From: an uncultured Thermoleophilaceae bacterium
Lineage (GTDB): Bacteria > Actinomycetota > Thermoleophilia > Solirubrobacterales > Thermoleophilaceae
Assembly (NCBI GenBank): GCA_963727395.1
Contig: CAVSGC010000008.1
Location: forward strand, 23,879-87,878
Reading direction: 5' to 3'
Length of the DNA stretch: 64,000 bases
The notes under the pieces were generated by a model. That model worked only from the letters and a program-made list of their open reading frames with translations. It ran no database searches and had not been told where the DNA came from. Both the position numbers and the translations under genes were made by a program. Below, piece after piece: positions 21,861 through 32,863 of this stretch (position 1 is the first letter of the stretch; every line of letters starts with the position of its first letter).

Positions 21861-22087
21861 ACGCCAGGCGTGGGGAGGAGACAAGTTGCCCGCTCACCCG
21901 GCCGGTGGTAATTTCGCTGCCGGCGCGGTCCCGCGCCCAACCTCCGATTCCGGCGCTCACGCCGCCGGCTCAAGCGGAGGCAAAGGGGGCTCGAGCTCTC
22001 GGGACACCGGTCAGATGTCGTGCCCTTTCCCGGTGGGGCCCCCGTGAGCGTGAGTCGCGGGGCCGCTGCCACGAGAGGAGCACGACG

Positions 22088-22754
22088 ATGACCAGGCAGA
22101 AGTCCTTCAAGCGCCTCGTCCGCGCGCGGACGGAGAAGACAGGGGAGAGCTACACGGCGGCGCGCGCGCCCTGCTGGCCGCCTGCGACGAGCCAAGCCGA
22201 CCGAGGGCCGCCAAGCTCACGGTCTCCGACGACAGTGATCCGGCGGCCGGACCGGCCGCGGCTGGGAGGAGTGGTTCGACCTGCTCGACGGGTCGGGCGC
22301 TACCGAGCAAGAAGCATCGCGAGATCGCTGGCTGGCTCCGCGAGGAGCAGGGGACGCGACGGCTGGTGCGCGCAGGCGATGACCGTGAGCTACGAGCGCG
22401 CACGCGGGATGCGCGCCGTCGGGGAGAAGGCCGACGGCTTCTCTGTCACCGCCTCGAAGACGGTGGCGGTGCCGGTCGAGCAGCTGTTCGACGCGTTCGT
22501 CGACGAGTCGCGGCGGTCGAGCTGGCTTGCCGACGGCGAGCTGCTGGAGCGGACGGCGAACAGGCCGCGGTCCGCCCGGTACGACTGGGGCGACGGCTAC
22601 ACGCGCGTGGTCGTGGGGTTCGAGGCCAAGGGGGAGAACAAGAGCACGGTGGGCCTGGACCACGAGAGGCTGCCCGACGCCGACGGAGGCCGAGCGGATG
22701 AAGCAGTTCTGGCGCGAGCGGGTGGCGACCTTGAAGGAGGTGCTGGAGCGATGA
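22088..22754 (+). pseudogene. DUF4287 plus SRPBCC (AHSA1-like) domain protein; frame disrupted
   Basis: MTRQKSFKRLVRARTEKTGESYTAARA, then pieces GWEEWFDLLDGSGA and EIAGWL in other frames, then VTVSYERARGMRAVGEKADGFSVTASKTVAVPVEQLFDAFVDESRRSSWLADGELLERT...SARYDWGDGYTRVVVGFEAKGENKSTVGLDHERLPDA (ORF 21905 frame). C-terminus MKQFWRERVATLKEVLER-stop (ORF 22527-22754). Confidence 0.6.
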
Positions 22755-22970
22755 GCTCGGCTAGGGCGTCCAAGGGGGCGGCCACTGCGCAGCCCCGCGG
22801 AGGGGTGAGCGTGCGGTGTGCGGCCACTGCTTTCCCGCGGAAGCGCTCGTTTCGTCAACGACTGGAGCCTCAACGTGGCTATAGCCCCGTCAATCTTCCG
22901 CTCGTGTGCCGGCCCGCACACGACACCGCTCCGCGCGAGAAGCGGTAGCCGCGAGTACCCTCACGCCCCA

Positions 22971-24297
22971 ATGAAGCGCTACCACCTCACCACCTTCGGG
23001 TGCCAGATGAACGAGCACGATTCCGAGCGGATGAAGGGCATGCTCGAGTCGCTCGGATACGACGAGGCGCCGGCGCGCGATGACGCCGATCTGATCCTCT
23101 TCAACACCTGCTCGATCCGCGAGAAGGCCGACAACCGGCTGGCGGGCCATCTCGGTGAGGCCAAGCGCCTGAAGCGCGAGGACCCGCGCGAAGCTCGTCG
23201 GCGTGGGCGGGTGCTGGTCGCAGTCGATGAAGGAGAAGGTGTTCGAGCAGTTCCCGTTCGTCGACGTCGCCTTCGGCCCCGGCCAGGTCCACAAGCTCGC
23301 CGAGTTCCTCACCAGCGACAGCATCACCGCCCAGGGCTTCTTCGAGTTCGAGGGCTTCACCGGCCACCTGCCGATGCGCCGCGCGCGCGAATTCCAGGCC
23401 TGGGTCCAGATCTCCGTGGGCTGCAACTGCGTCGTGCTCCTACTGCATCGTTCCCTCGACGCGCGGGCGCGAGGTCTCGCGTCCCGCCGGCGAGCTGATC
23501 GAGGAGATCGAGCGCCTGGCCGCCGACGGCGTGCGCGAGGTGACGCTGCTCGGCCAGAACGTGAACTCCTACGGCCGCGACCTGCCGGTGGGCGCGAAGG
23601 CGACGTTCGCCGAGCTGCTGGCGATGGTCGACGCCGTCGAGGGCATCGACCGCGTGCGCTACACCAGCCCGCACCCCAAGGACATGCGCGAGGACGTGAT
23701 CCGCGCCCACGCCGAGCTGCCGAGCCTCTGCGAGCACATCCACCTGCCGCTGCAGTCGGGCTCGAGCCGCGATCCTGAAGGCGATGCGCCGGACCTACAA
23801 CCGCGAGCGCTACCTGGACCGCGTCGGCGATGATCCGCGACATCGTTCCCGACTGCGCGCTCAGCGACCGACATCATCGTCGGCTTCCCGGGGGAGACCG
23901 ACGAGGACTTCGAGGAGACGCTCGAGGTGGTCGAACGAGGTGCGCTACGACTCGGCGTTCACGTTCATCTACTCGCCGCGGCGCGGCACGACCGCCGCCG
24001 AGCTGCCCGACCGGCTCCCGCACGAGGTCAAGCGCGAGCGGATGGAGCGGCTCGTCGAGGCGGTCCAGCGGCATCGCCACCGAGCGCTCGCAGCGCTTCG
24101 TGGGCCGCACGATGGAGGTGCTGGTGGAGGGCCCGTCGCGCACCGACCCGTCGCGGCTGCGCGGCCGCATCCGCCACAACAAGACGGTGAACTTCACCGG
24201 GCTCGGCGAGCCGGGCGAGCTGGTCGACGTGGAGATCGCCTCCGCCACCAGCACGACGCTGGCCGGCGAAGAGCGGCTGCTCTCCCGCGTTGCCTGA
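22971..24297 (+). pseudogene. miaB: tRNA-i6A37 methylthiotransferase MiaB; frame disrupted
   Basis: MKRYHLTTFGCQMNEHDSERMKGMLESLGYDEAPARDDADLILFNTCSIREKADNRL (ORF 22818 frame). WSQSMKEKVFEQFPFVDVAFGPGQVHKL and AWVQISVGCN (ORF 23203). VREVTLLGQNVNSYGRDL...RVRYTSPHPKDM...[13 protein letters not shown] (ORF 23531). [13 protein letters not shown] and the TRAM end [27 protein letters not shown] (ORF 23830-24297). Confidence 0.85.
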
Positions 24298-25035
24298 CAC
24301 GCGCCCGGCGGTCGTGGCGCTGTTCGGCCCGACCGCGGTCGGCAAGACGGCAGTGGCGATCGCGCTCGCGCGAGCTGCTCCGCGACCGCGGGGGCGACCC
24401 GGTCGCGATCTCGCGCCGACGCGCTCCAGGTCTACGAGGGGCTGGGCGCGCTGACCGGCGCGGCCGCGGCCGGCGAACAGAAGCGGCTCGAGCACCGGCT
24501 GATCGGGTTCGTGCCGGTCACCGAGAAGTTCGACGTCGGCCAGTACATGCCGCTGGCGCACGCGGAGATCGACGCGGCGCTGGACGCGGGCCGGACGCCC
24601 GATCGTGGTGGGCGGCACGGGCCTCTACATGCGCGCCGCGCTGGCCGACCTGTCGCTGCGCCAAGGCGGCGCCGGCGCGGCGGAGACCGAGCTGTGGTCG
24701 CCAGACACCCGCCATCCGACGCTGCTGGTCGGCCTGACGATGGAGCGCGACGCGCTCTACGAGCGGATCGACGCCCGGATCGACGCGATCGTGGCCGCCG
24801 GCGCCGAGGAGGAGGTCCGCCGAGCGCGGACGCTCGGCGCATCGCGCACCGCCCGCAAGTCGCGCTCGGCTTCGACGAGCTGCTCGCCGGCGACGTCGAG
24901 ACGATAAAGCAAGCGCAGCCGCAACTACGCGCGGCCGCCAGCTCACCTGGATGCGCAAGCTCCCGGACGTCTCGAGGTCGACATGGGCGCGTCGACGCCG
25001 GACGCCGCGGCCGAGATCGCCGCGGGCTGGCCTAG
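24289..25035 (+). pseudogene. miaA: tRNA dimethylallyltransferase MiaA; frame disrupted
   Basis: TTG at 24289, then [20 protein letters not shown] (P-loop). [46 protein letters not shown] (ORF 24511). [19 protein letters not shown]...[34 protein letters not shown] (ORF 24605). RQLTWMRKLPDV near the 3' end. Confidence 0.8.
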
Positions 25036-25615
25036 CGGCGCTCGAGCGCGAGGCGCACGCCGAGCTCCGACGAGGCACGGTGCCCGTTCAGCCGCTCGAA
25101 GCGGTCCTGCCGCGATCGAGGAACGCCTGCGCGTACGCGACGCATCGTCGCGAGGCGGAGCCAAGCGTCGAAGCGACGATCGTCGCGGCCATCACGAGCG
25201 CGGCGGCAGCGCCGCGTGCGATGGGGCGGAACTGGGGAACAGGGCGACGAAGAAGACCGCCGCTTCGGGTTCGAGACGCTGGTCACGAGCCCGTCGCGCC
25301 GGCCGATCCCGGACGGCGCCGCCTGTTCGGTCGCGGCGCGCGCACGAGCGCCTGCTCCCGCACCTGCAGGACGCTGGCCCCGCGACTGCACCGCGGCGAC
25401 GGGCTCGCGATGGCGACGATCGCACGATGCCGATCCTCGCAGCTGCCACCGCGATCGAGTTGCCCGCGGTGCCTCGAGACGCGCGCCGGCGCCCGCCGTT
25501 CGGCGTCGGACGACAGCGCGGTCGCGACTGCGCCGGCGTGAGCGCCGGTCGAGCGAACTGGCCGGAGCGCGGATGACGTGCGTCGAGCATCGATCCATCG
25601 TAGGGTCATCCGCCG

Positions 25616-26514
25616 TGAGGTTCGAGAAGTGGCAGGCCCTGGGCAACGACTACGCTGATCGTCGAGGAGCGCGACCTCCCCTTCGAGCTGACGCCGAGGC
25701 GGATCCAGGCGCTCTGCGAGCCCCACACGGGCGTGCGGTCCGACGGCATCCTGCTGCTGTCCGAGCCCGCCGAGCGCGGCTTCGTGGCGGCGCTGCGGAT
25801 CTTCAACCCGGACGGCTCGGAGGCCGAGCTGTCGGGCAACGGCGTGCGCGAGGCCGTGATGTACCTGCGCCGCAACGGCTGGACCGACAGCGACACCTTC
25901 TCGATCCAGACCGCCGCCGGCGAGGTGCGCCCGCGGATCACGGGCCCGACCACCTGCACGGTGGACATGGGCCGCGCCAGCCTGCGCTCGAAGGACTTCC
26001 CATCGGGCGAGCAGGACGGCACGGGCAAGCTGGAGTCCGGCGGGCGCGAGCTCGCCTTCCAGCACGTGTCGATGGGCAACCCCCAGTGCGCGATCGAGGT
26101 GCCCGAGGGCCTGGAGGAGCTCGACCTCAGCACGCTCGGCCCGCCGATCGAGCACCACGAGCTGTTTCCCAACCGCACCAACGTGTCGTTCTGGCGGCGC
26201 GAGTCCGGGGACGCCATCCGCGCACGGATCTTCGAGCGCGGGGTGGGGGAGACGATGTCCTCGGGCACCGGCGCCACCGGTGCCGCCGTCGCCGCGGTAT
26301 TGCGTGGCGTCGACAGCCCCGTGACCGTTCGTCTCGACGGCGGCGAGCTCGAGGTGGACGTGGGCGAGGACCTTCACGTCGACCTGACCGGCTGGGCGGT
26401 CCCCGTGTACCGGGGCGAGCTCAGCCACGAATTCCTGGAGCAAATAGAGAGGCTGGACGCCGATCCTGGCTCTCAGAGCGCGGGGCCGGAGGCCCCGCGG
26501 AGGAGACCTCATGA
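25616..26514 (+). pseudogene. dapF: diaminopimelate epimerase DapF; frame switch near 25655, 3' end uncertain (no in-frame stop before 26938)
   Basis: GTG 25616 VRFEKWQALGNDY, then ORF 25733 frame: SDGILLLSEP...ALRIFNPDGSEAELSGNGVREAVMYL...HVSMGNPQCAIEV...FPNRTNVSFWRRESGDAIRARIFERGVGETMSSGTGATGAAVAAVL...VDLTGWAVPVYRGEL. Both catalytic-Cys-position motifs are recognisable. The stop is probably the TAG at 26445 or the TGA at 26512, both in other frames. Confidence 0.85.
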
Positions 26515-27675
26515 AGACCAGCGAGCGGCTCGACCGCCTGCCCCCGTACCTGTTCGCCGAGCTCGAGCGCAAGATCGCCGCGAAGAAGGCCGCGGGCGTG
26601 GACGTGATCAGCCTCGGCATCGGCGATCCCGACACGCCGACGCCGGAGCTCGTGGTGGACGCGCTGGCGGAGGCGGCGCACGACCCCGGCACGCACCAGT
26701 ACCCCTCCAACCGCGGCCGGGCCGAGCTGCGCGAGGCGGTCGGCGAGCTTCTACGACCGGCGCTTCGGCGTTTAGCTCGACGCGGAGACCGAGATCGTTC
26801 CGGCGCTGGGCGCCAAGGAGTGCGTGTTCAACCTCAACCTCGCCTTCCTCGACCCGGGCACCGCCGCGCTGGCGGCCGATCCCGGCTATCCGGTCTACAC
26901 CGGCGGGCCGCTGCTGGCGGGGGCCGAGGCGGTCCTGATGCCGCTGGTGCCCGAGCTGGGCTTCGCCCCGGACCTGGATGCGATCCCCGCCGAGGCGCGC
27001 GAGCGCGCGCGGATGATGTTCCTCAACTACCCCAACAACCCGACGGGCGCAATGGTGCCGGACGGGCTGTTCGAGCGGGCGGTTGAGTTCGGCCGCGAGC
27101 ACGACGTCCTGATCGTGCACGACGCCTCCTACACCGAGACCACCTTCGACGGCTACGTGGCGCCGAGCTTCCTCGAGACGCCGGGCGCGAAGGACGTGGG
27201 CATCGAGATGTTCTCGCTGTCGAAGGGCTACAACATGACCGGCTGGCGCACGGCCGCGATCGTCGGCAACGCCGAGGCCATCGAGGCGTACTGGAAGCTC
27301 AAGACCAACATCGACTCGGGGATGTTCGAGGCGGTGCAGCTGGCCGCCGCGAAGGCGCTGAACTACGGCGACCACGTGCCGCGGGAGATGAGCGAGGTCT
27401 ATCAGCGCCGCCGCGACCTCGTGGTGGGCGCGCTGCAGGCGATCGGCGTGGACGTGACCGCGCCCAAGGGGACGATCTACGTGTGGGCGCCCGGTGCCCG
27501 AGGCCACACGTCGGCCTCGTACTGCGAGCTGGTGCTCGAGGAGTCGGGCGTGGTCGTCTCCCCGGGCGGCTCCTACGGCCCCAACGGCGAGGGCTTCTTC
27601 CGGATCTCGCTCACCATCGACGACGACCGCCTCACCGAGGCGATGGAGCGGCTGCGCTCCAGCCTCGGGGGATAG
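26511..27675 (+). pseudogene. dapL: LL-diaminopimelate aminotransferase-type (DapL-like) PLP aminotransferase; +1 shift near 26748 and in-frame TAG at 26773-26775, then intact
   Basis: MKTSERLDRLPPYLFAELERKIAAKKAAGVDVISLGIGDPDTPTPELVVDAL...HQYPSNRGRAELREAVGE (ORF 26511). Next frame: FYDRRFGV-TAG-LDAETEIVPALGAKECVFNLNLAFLDPG...DPGYPVYTGG...MFLNYPNNPTGA...FSLSKGYNMTGWR...KLKTNIDSGMF...GTIYVW...GFFRISLT (ORF 26824-27675). SD ggaggag precedes the ATG. Confidence 0.75.
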
Positions 27676-27705
27676 CGCGACGGATCGGGGAGGTAGGTTT
27701 CTGCC

Positions 27706-28077
27706 ATGAGGAGCTGGGAGCTGACAAACATGGAAATGGAGTCCCACCATCCGGTGGTGCTCTCATCGGAGGATGCGGCGAGGGTGATCATGCTGTGCGT
27801 CCCCGGGGGCGAGTGCCTGCAGGAGCACCGCGTGCACGAGCGTGCCTGGGTGCTCGTGCTGGACGGCGAGATCGAGATCGAGGCCGGCGAGACCGTCTCC
27901 GGAGGCCCCGGGCTGCTCACCGAGTTCGAACCCGGTGAGGACCACGAAGTCCGTGCCACCGTCGACGCGAAGTTGCTGCTCTTCCTGGCGCCGTGGCCGG
28001 GCGATGGGCACCCGGGCGCGATGACGCTCGACGAGAAGGCCAACGTGCGCGAGCGCGCGCGCGACCGGGCCGGCTAG
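27706..28077 (+). CDS. cupin domain protein
   Basis: Intact 123-aa ORF. VIMLCVPGGECLQEHRVHERAWVLVLDGEIEIEAGE...FEPGEDHEVRA has the cupin motif spacing. Confidence 0.7.
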   Translation: MRSWELTNMEMESHHPVVLSSEDAARVIMLCVPGGECLQEHRVHERAWVLVLDGEIEIEAGETVSGGPGLLTEFEPGEDHEVRATVDAKLLLFLAPWPGDGHPGAMTLDEKANVRERARDRAG

Positions 28078-28113
28078 CTGAGCCGCTCCCCGGCCGCGCC
28101 TAGACTGGATGGG

Positions 28114-29406
28114 GTGCAGAACGGCCAGACCACCCGCCCCCAGCGCGCCCGCCAGCGCGCGCTGCTGATCGCGGCCGCGCCCGAACAGCCCGACCTCTCG
28201 GAGCTGCGCGAGCTGCTGGCCACGGCCCGCGTGGCGGTGGCCGGGGAGCTCACCCAGCGGCGCGCGCAGCCAGATCCCGACCGCTACCTGGGCAAGGGAA
28301 AGCTCACCGAGCTCAAGCAGGCGATCAAGGACAACGACGCCAACCTGGTGGTGTGCGACGACGAGCTGCTGCCCCGCCAGGAGCGCAACCTGGAGGAGGG
28401 AGTGGGGGTGCCGGTGATCGACCGCACCGCCCTGATCCTCGACATCTTCGCCGACCACGCCGGCTCGGCCGAGGGCAAGCTGCAGGTGGAGCTGGCCCAG
28501 CTGGAATACAACATGGCCCGCATGCGGGGGCTGTGGACGCACCTCGAGCGCCTGGGCGGCGCAACGGGCGGCGGCGTGGCCACCAGGGGCCCGGGCGAGA
28601 CCCAGATCGAGACCGACCGCCGGCTGGCGCGCAACCGGATCGCGGCGCTGCGGCGCAGCCTCGAAGGCACGCGCGGATCGCGCGAGATCATGCGCGCCGA
28701 GCGCGAGCGCGCCGCCCTGCCCACGGTGGCGCTGGCGGGGTACACCAACACCGGCAAGTCCACGCTGCTCAACGCGCTGACGGGCGCCGACGTGGGCGTG
28801 CGCGACCGCCTCTTCCACACGCTCGACCCCACCACGAGGTCATTCGAGATCGAGGGCCGGCGCTACCTGCTCACAGACACCGTCGGCTTCATACGCAAGC
28901 TGCCCCACCAGCTCGTGGAGGCCTTCGGCGCCACGCTGGAGGAGGCGCTGGGCGCCGACCTGCTGGTGCACGTGGCCGACGCCTCGGCGCCCGAGGAGGA
29001 GCTGCGCGGGATGCTGGCCGCTGTGGAGGAGGTGCTGGACGAGACCGGCGCCGCCGACCGGCCGCGCCTCCTAGCGCTGAACAAGGTGGACCTGCTCGAC
29101 GAGAACCGGCGTCGCGAGCTGGGTTTCCGGTTCCCCGACGCGGTGCAGGTGTCGGCCGAGACGGGGGAGGGGCTCGATCTGCTGCGTGGCGCGATCGAGG
29201 GCCGCTTCCTCGCCACCCTGCAGTCGGTGGACCTGCTGCTTCCCTACGACGAGGGCGGGCGACTGTCGGAGCTGCACGAGCTGGCCGGCGAGATGGAGCG
29301 CGAGGACACCGCCGAGGGCGTGCGCGTGCACGCCCGTGTTCCGGCTGCCGTGGCCGCGCGCTTCGAGCGCTTTGTGACCAACGGCGCGTCAGCCGACCGC
29401 CCTTGA
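28114..29406 (+). CDS. hflX: GTPase HflX
   Basis: Intact 430-aa ORF. DRYLGKGKLTELKQAI...NLVVCDDELLPRQERNLEE..VIDRTALILDIFADHA.SAEGKLQVELAQLEY...RGPGETQIETDRR...VALAGYTNTGKSTLLNALTG...DTVGFIRKLPHQLVEAF..TLEE...LNKVD. Confidence 0.9.
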   Translation: MQNGQTTRPQRARQRALLIAAAPEQPDLSELRELLATARVAVAGELTQRRAQPDPDRYLGKGKLTELKQAIKDNDANLVVCDDELLPRQERNLEEGVGVPVIDRTALILDIFADHAGSAEGKLQVELAQLEYNMARMRGLWTHLERLGGATGGGVATRGPGETQIETDRRLARNRIAALRRSLEGTRGSREIMRAERERAALPTVALAGYTNTGKSTLLNALTGADVGVRDRLFHTLDPTTRSFEIEGRRYLLTDTVGFIRKLPHQLVEAFGATLEEALGADLLVHVADASAPEEELRGMLAAVEEVLDETGAADRPRLLALNKVDLLDENRRRELGFRFPDAVQVSAETGEGLDLLRGAIEGRFLATLQSVDLLLPYDEGGRLSELHELAGEMEREDTAEGVRVHARVPAAVAARFERFVTNGASADRP

Positions 29407-29837
29407 CGGTCCTTCGCTTCCGCCGCCTGGTGGCCGGGGCGGCCGCCCCGGAGCGCTCCCACGCCGACGACGCCGGGTATGACCTTCGCGCCGCCGAGCA
29501 GGCCGAGCTCGGGCCGGGCGAGCGGGCGAGCGTGGGGACCGGGATCGCCCTCGAGATTCCCGAGGGCCACGGCGGGCTGGTGCTGCCGCGATCGGGCCTG
29601 GCGGCGCGGCACGGCATCGCGTTGGTGAACGCGCCAGGGTTGATCGACGCCGGCTACCGCGGCGAGGTACGGGTGCTGCTGCTGAACACCGACCGCTCGG
29701 AGAGCTTCTCGGTGGAGGTGGGCGACCGGATAGCGCAGCTGCTGCTGGTGCGGCACGAGGCGCTGGAGGTGGTCGAGGCGGAGGAGCTGGCCGAGAGCGC
29801 GCGGGGCGAGGGCGGGTTCGGGTCCACGGGGCGTTGA
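29403..29837 (+). CDS. dut: dUTP diphosphatase
   Basis: TTG at 29403 overlaps the hflX stop. AGYDLRAAE...VGTGIALEIPEGHGGLVLPRSGLAARHGIALVNAPGLIDAGYRGEVRVLLLNTD...VGDRIAQLLLV...RGEGGFGSTGR. All five dUTPase motifs are recognisable and the ORF is intact. Confidence 0.85.
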   Translation: MTVLRFRRLVAGAAAPERSHADDAGYDLRAAEQAELGPGERASVGTGIALEIPEGHGGLVLPRSGLAARHGIALVNAPGLIDAGYRGEVRVLLLNTDRSESFSVEVGDRIAQLLLVRHEALEVVEAEELAESARGEGGFGSTGR

Positions 29838-30386
<549 letters not shown>

Positions 30387-30393
30387 GCGCGAA

Positions 30394-31377
30394 GCTAGGC
30401 CGCCATCGCGGCCAGGCCTTCATCGCGCGCAATGACCGGCCTGTAGCCCAGCTCCCGCCTCGCCTTTCCGATATCCAGCGTGCACTCCTGGGACGAGAGC
30501 CACACGGCCAGGCGCGTCACGGGCGGCTCGCCGCGGCAGCGGCAGCGCCGACCACAGCTTCTCGGCAACCGCCGCCGCCGGGCCCGCCACGGCGGCCGGC
30601 ATCTCCTTGTCCGGCGCTTCGATGCCGCGCGTGGCCACCAGGCGCGTGATGAACTCGCGGAACTGCACCGGCTCGCCGTCGGTCACGAAGTAGGCCTCGC
30701 CGGAGCGCCCCCGCTCGGCGCCGAGCAGCAGCCCCTCCACCACGTTGTCCACGTGGGTCGTGGAGGTGAGGTGCCGGCCGCCGCCGATCCACGCGAAGCG
30801 CCCGCTCTCCATGGCCTGGATCAGGGGCGGGAGGAGGGTGGTGTCGCCGGGGCCCCACACCAGCCGCGGGCGCACCACAACGGTCTCGAAGTCCCTGCCC
30901 GCGGCGCGGCGCACGCGCTGCTCGGCCATCGCCTTGGTGGCGCGGGTAGTGGGCGGTGGAGTCGGGCCTCAGCGGCCACGGTCTCGTCGGCGTTCACCAG
31001 CGGCTTGCCCGCGAGCAGCGCCGCCTCCGTGCCCACGTGCACGAAGCGCCGCACGCCCGCGCGCGCCGCAGGCCACGAGCGCGTTCACGGTGCCCGCCAC
31101 GTTGCCGCGCACAAACTCGTCCCGCGTGCCCCACGCGCCCAGCTTGGCGGCGGAGTGGAAGGCCACGTCGGCAGCCCTGGGCGCCGGCGAGCATCGAGTC
31201 CACGTCGTCGAGGTCTCCGCGCACCGGCTCGGCGCCGGCCTCGGCCACCTTCGCGGCGGATGAGTCCGAGCGAGCGAGTGCGCGCACCTTCCAGCCCTCG
31301 GAGGCCAGGCGGCGCAGCAGCACGTCGCCGATGAAGCCCGACCCGCCGGTCACGAATGCGGTGCGTTGGGTGCCCAC
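30394..31377 (-). pseudogene. NAD-dependent epimerase/dehydratase (SDR-e family); frame disrupted
   Basis: GTG 31377 VGTQRTAFVTGGSGFIGDVLLRRLASEGWKVRALARS (tail of ORF 30994-31503). FVHVGTEAALLAGKPLVNADE (ORF 30821-31054). VVVRPRLVWGPGDTTLLPPLIQAMESGRFAWIGGGRHLTSTTHVDNVVEGLLLGAERGRSGEAYFVTDGEPV (ORF 30420-30929). C-terminus ECTLDIGKARRELGYRPVIARDEGLAAMAA-TAG is in a further frame. Confidence 0.7.
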
Positions 31378-31391
31378 CTTCGAAACGCTAC

Positions 31392-32114
31392 CTACACCCC
31401 CGCCGCCCGCCGCGCCGACGCATGCGCCGCCTCCTCCATCGCGTCGTCCAGGGGCTCCAGCTCCACACCGAGCGCCAGCTCGATCAGGCGGTCGGCCAGC
31501 CACACGTTCTTGGGCAGCAGCGGGCCATGGAGGTAGGTGCCGACCACGTTTGCGCGGTGCACGCCCTCGAACCCGTCGCGGTCGTTGTTGCCGTGGCCGG
31601 CGAGCACGCGACCCAGCGGCTTCTCGTCCGGGCCGAGGTAGGTGCGCCCGCCGTGGTTCTCGAAGCCGGCGATCGTGCGAGGGCCCGTGCCCAGGTCGGC
31701 CTCGATGGCGCAGTTGCCGATCAGCCGCTCGCCCTCCTCGCGCACCGTGTACAGGTCCACGAGCCCCACCCCGGGCAGCTCGCGCTCACCCAGCTGGTAG
31801 CTGTGTCCCAGCAGCTGGTAGCCGCCGCACACCGCCAGCACGGCGGCGCCCCGGTCCGCCGCGGCGTGCAGCGCTTCGCGCTTGGTGCGCTGCATGTCCT
31901 CGGCCACCGCGATCTGGTCGCGATCCTGGCCGCCGCCGATGTAGAAGAGGTCGTGGGCGCCGCCGTCCAGCCGCTCCTCCACGGTGGAGGAGGCCAGCTC
32001 GAAGCCCAGCCCGCGCCACTCGCAGCGCGCCCGCAGGATCGCGATGTTGCCGCGGTCGGCGTAGATGTTCATCAGCTCCGGGTAGAGCGCGCACACACGC
32101 AGCGTGGCGGTCAT
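31392..32114 (-). CDS. gatD: lipid II isoglutaminyl synthase, glutaminase subunit GatD (CobB/CobQ-like amidotransferase)
   Basis: Intact 240-aa ORF. YADRGNIAILRARCEWRG, LFYIGGGQDRDQ, AVCGGYQLLG (nucleophile Cys context), GFENHGGRTYLG, GTYLHGPLLPKN. The ATG overlaps the upstream stop (ATGA, 32111-32114). Confidence 0.8.
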   Translation of the reverse strand: MTATLRVCALYPELMNIYADRGNIAILRARCEWRGLGFELASSTVEERLDGGAHDLFYIGGGQDRDQIAVAEDMQRTKREALHAAADRGAAVLAVCGGYQLLGHSYQLGERELPGVGLVDLYTVREEGERLIGNCAIEADLGTGPRTIAGFENHGGRTYLGPDEKPLGRVLAGHGNNDRDGFEGVHRANVVGTYLHGPLLPKNVWLADRLIELALGVELEPLDDAMEEAAHASARRAAGV

Positions 32115-32863
32115 CGCGGCGCCTCCAGGAGCACGAGCGAGCTGCCCACGTAGTCGCGAGTGGGGGGGACGGTGAGCAGCTCGGTGGCGGTGAGTCCCAC
32201 GGCCACGGCCTCCTCGGACAGCCCCCCGGGGGTGACCGAGTCCAGCCGGATCGTGAACGTCTCCTCGGTGAGCTCACCCGCGGGCGACACCGCCTGGCGC
32301 TGGCGGTGGATCGACACGGCGTGGCCCTCGTCGCGCACGTCGACCGGGATGGAGGAGAGCACCCAGCCGTCGATCTCCAGCACGTCGGGCAGGGGAGGGA
32401 GCGCCTCGCGCGCGGGCACAGAGGAGAACGGGTCGGCGAGTGCCACGGCCAGCACGCCGCCGGGCTCGAGGTGGGCGAGCACGCACCCGAGCATCGCCGT
32501 GCGCCCGGCCGGCCCGCCGAGCAGCTGAACCACCTGCATCGGGGCGATGGCGAGCGCGAAGCGCCCGGGCAGGTCGAAGCTGCGTGCGTCGGCCACCACT
32601 CCGCGGACGGGCAACCCCCGGGCACGGGCGCGGTCCTCCAGCGCGTGGACCAGCTCGGCGTCGGCATCCAGGCCCACCACCTCGTGGCCGCGGGCGGCCA
32701 GGTCCAGCGCCACCCTGCCGGTGCCGCAGCCCAGGTCGAGCACGGCGCCGCCGGAGCGGCGCTCGGCCAGCTCGCGCCAGGCGGGGAGGTCGGCCGCGTA
32801 GCCAGAGCACTCCACGTCGTGCCAGGCCGCGGCGTCCGGGCGGGTGAGCGAGCGCCCGCTCAC
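32111..32863 (-). CDS. class I SAM-dependent methyltransferase, substrate unknown
   Basis: GTG 32863 (GTGA overlap with the upstream stop). WHDVECSGYAADLPAWRELAERRSGGAVLDLGCGTGRVALDLAARGHEVVGLDAD (motif I)...LLGCVLAHLEPGGVLAV. About 250 aa, uninterrupted tail of ORF 32111-33097. Confidence 0.75.
   Translation of the reverse strand: MSGRSLTRPDAAAWHDVECSGYAADLPAWRELAERRSGGAVLDLGCGTGRVALDLAARGHEVVGLDADAELVHALEDRARARGLPVRGVVADARSFDLPGRFALAIAPMQVVQLLGGPAGRTAMLGCVLAHLEPGGVLAVALADPFSSVPAREALPPLPDVLEIDGWVLSSIPVDVRDEGHAVSIHRQRQAVSPAGELTEETFTIRLDSVTPGGLSEEAVAVGLTATELLTVPPTRDYVGSSLVLLEAPR

Noticed and set aside
26478-26496. Strong hairpin GCGGGGCC-gga-GGCCCCGC between dapF and the DapL-like gene, considered as an attenuator or terminator.
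   Set aside because: It has no U tract, and it lies inside what may still be the dapF coding tail because the stop is lost by frame errors. It is directly followed by the SD of a gene likely co-transcribed, so the evidence is insufficient.
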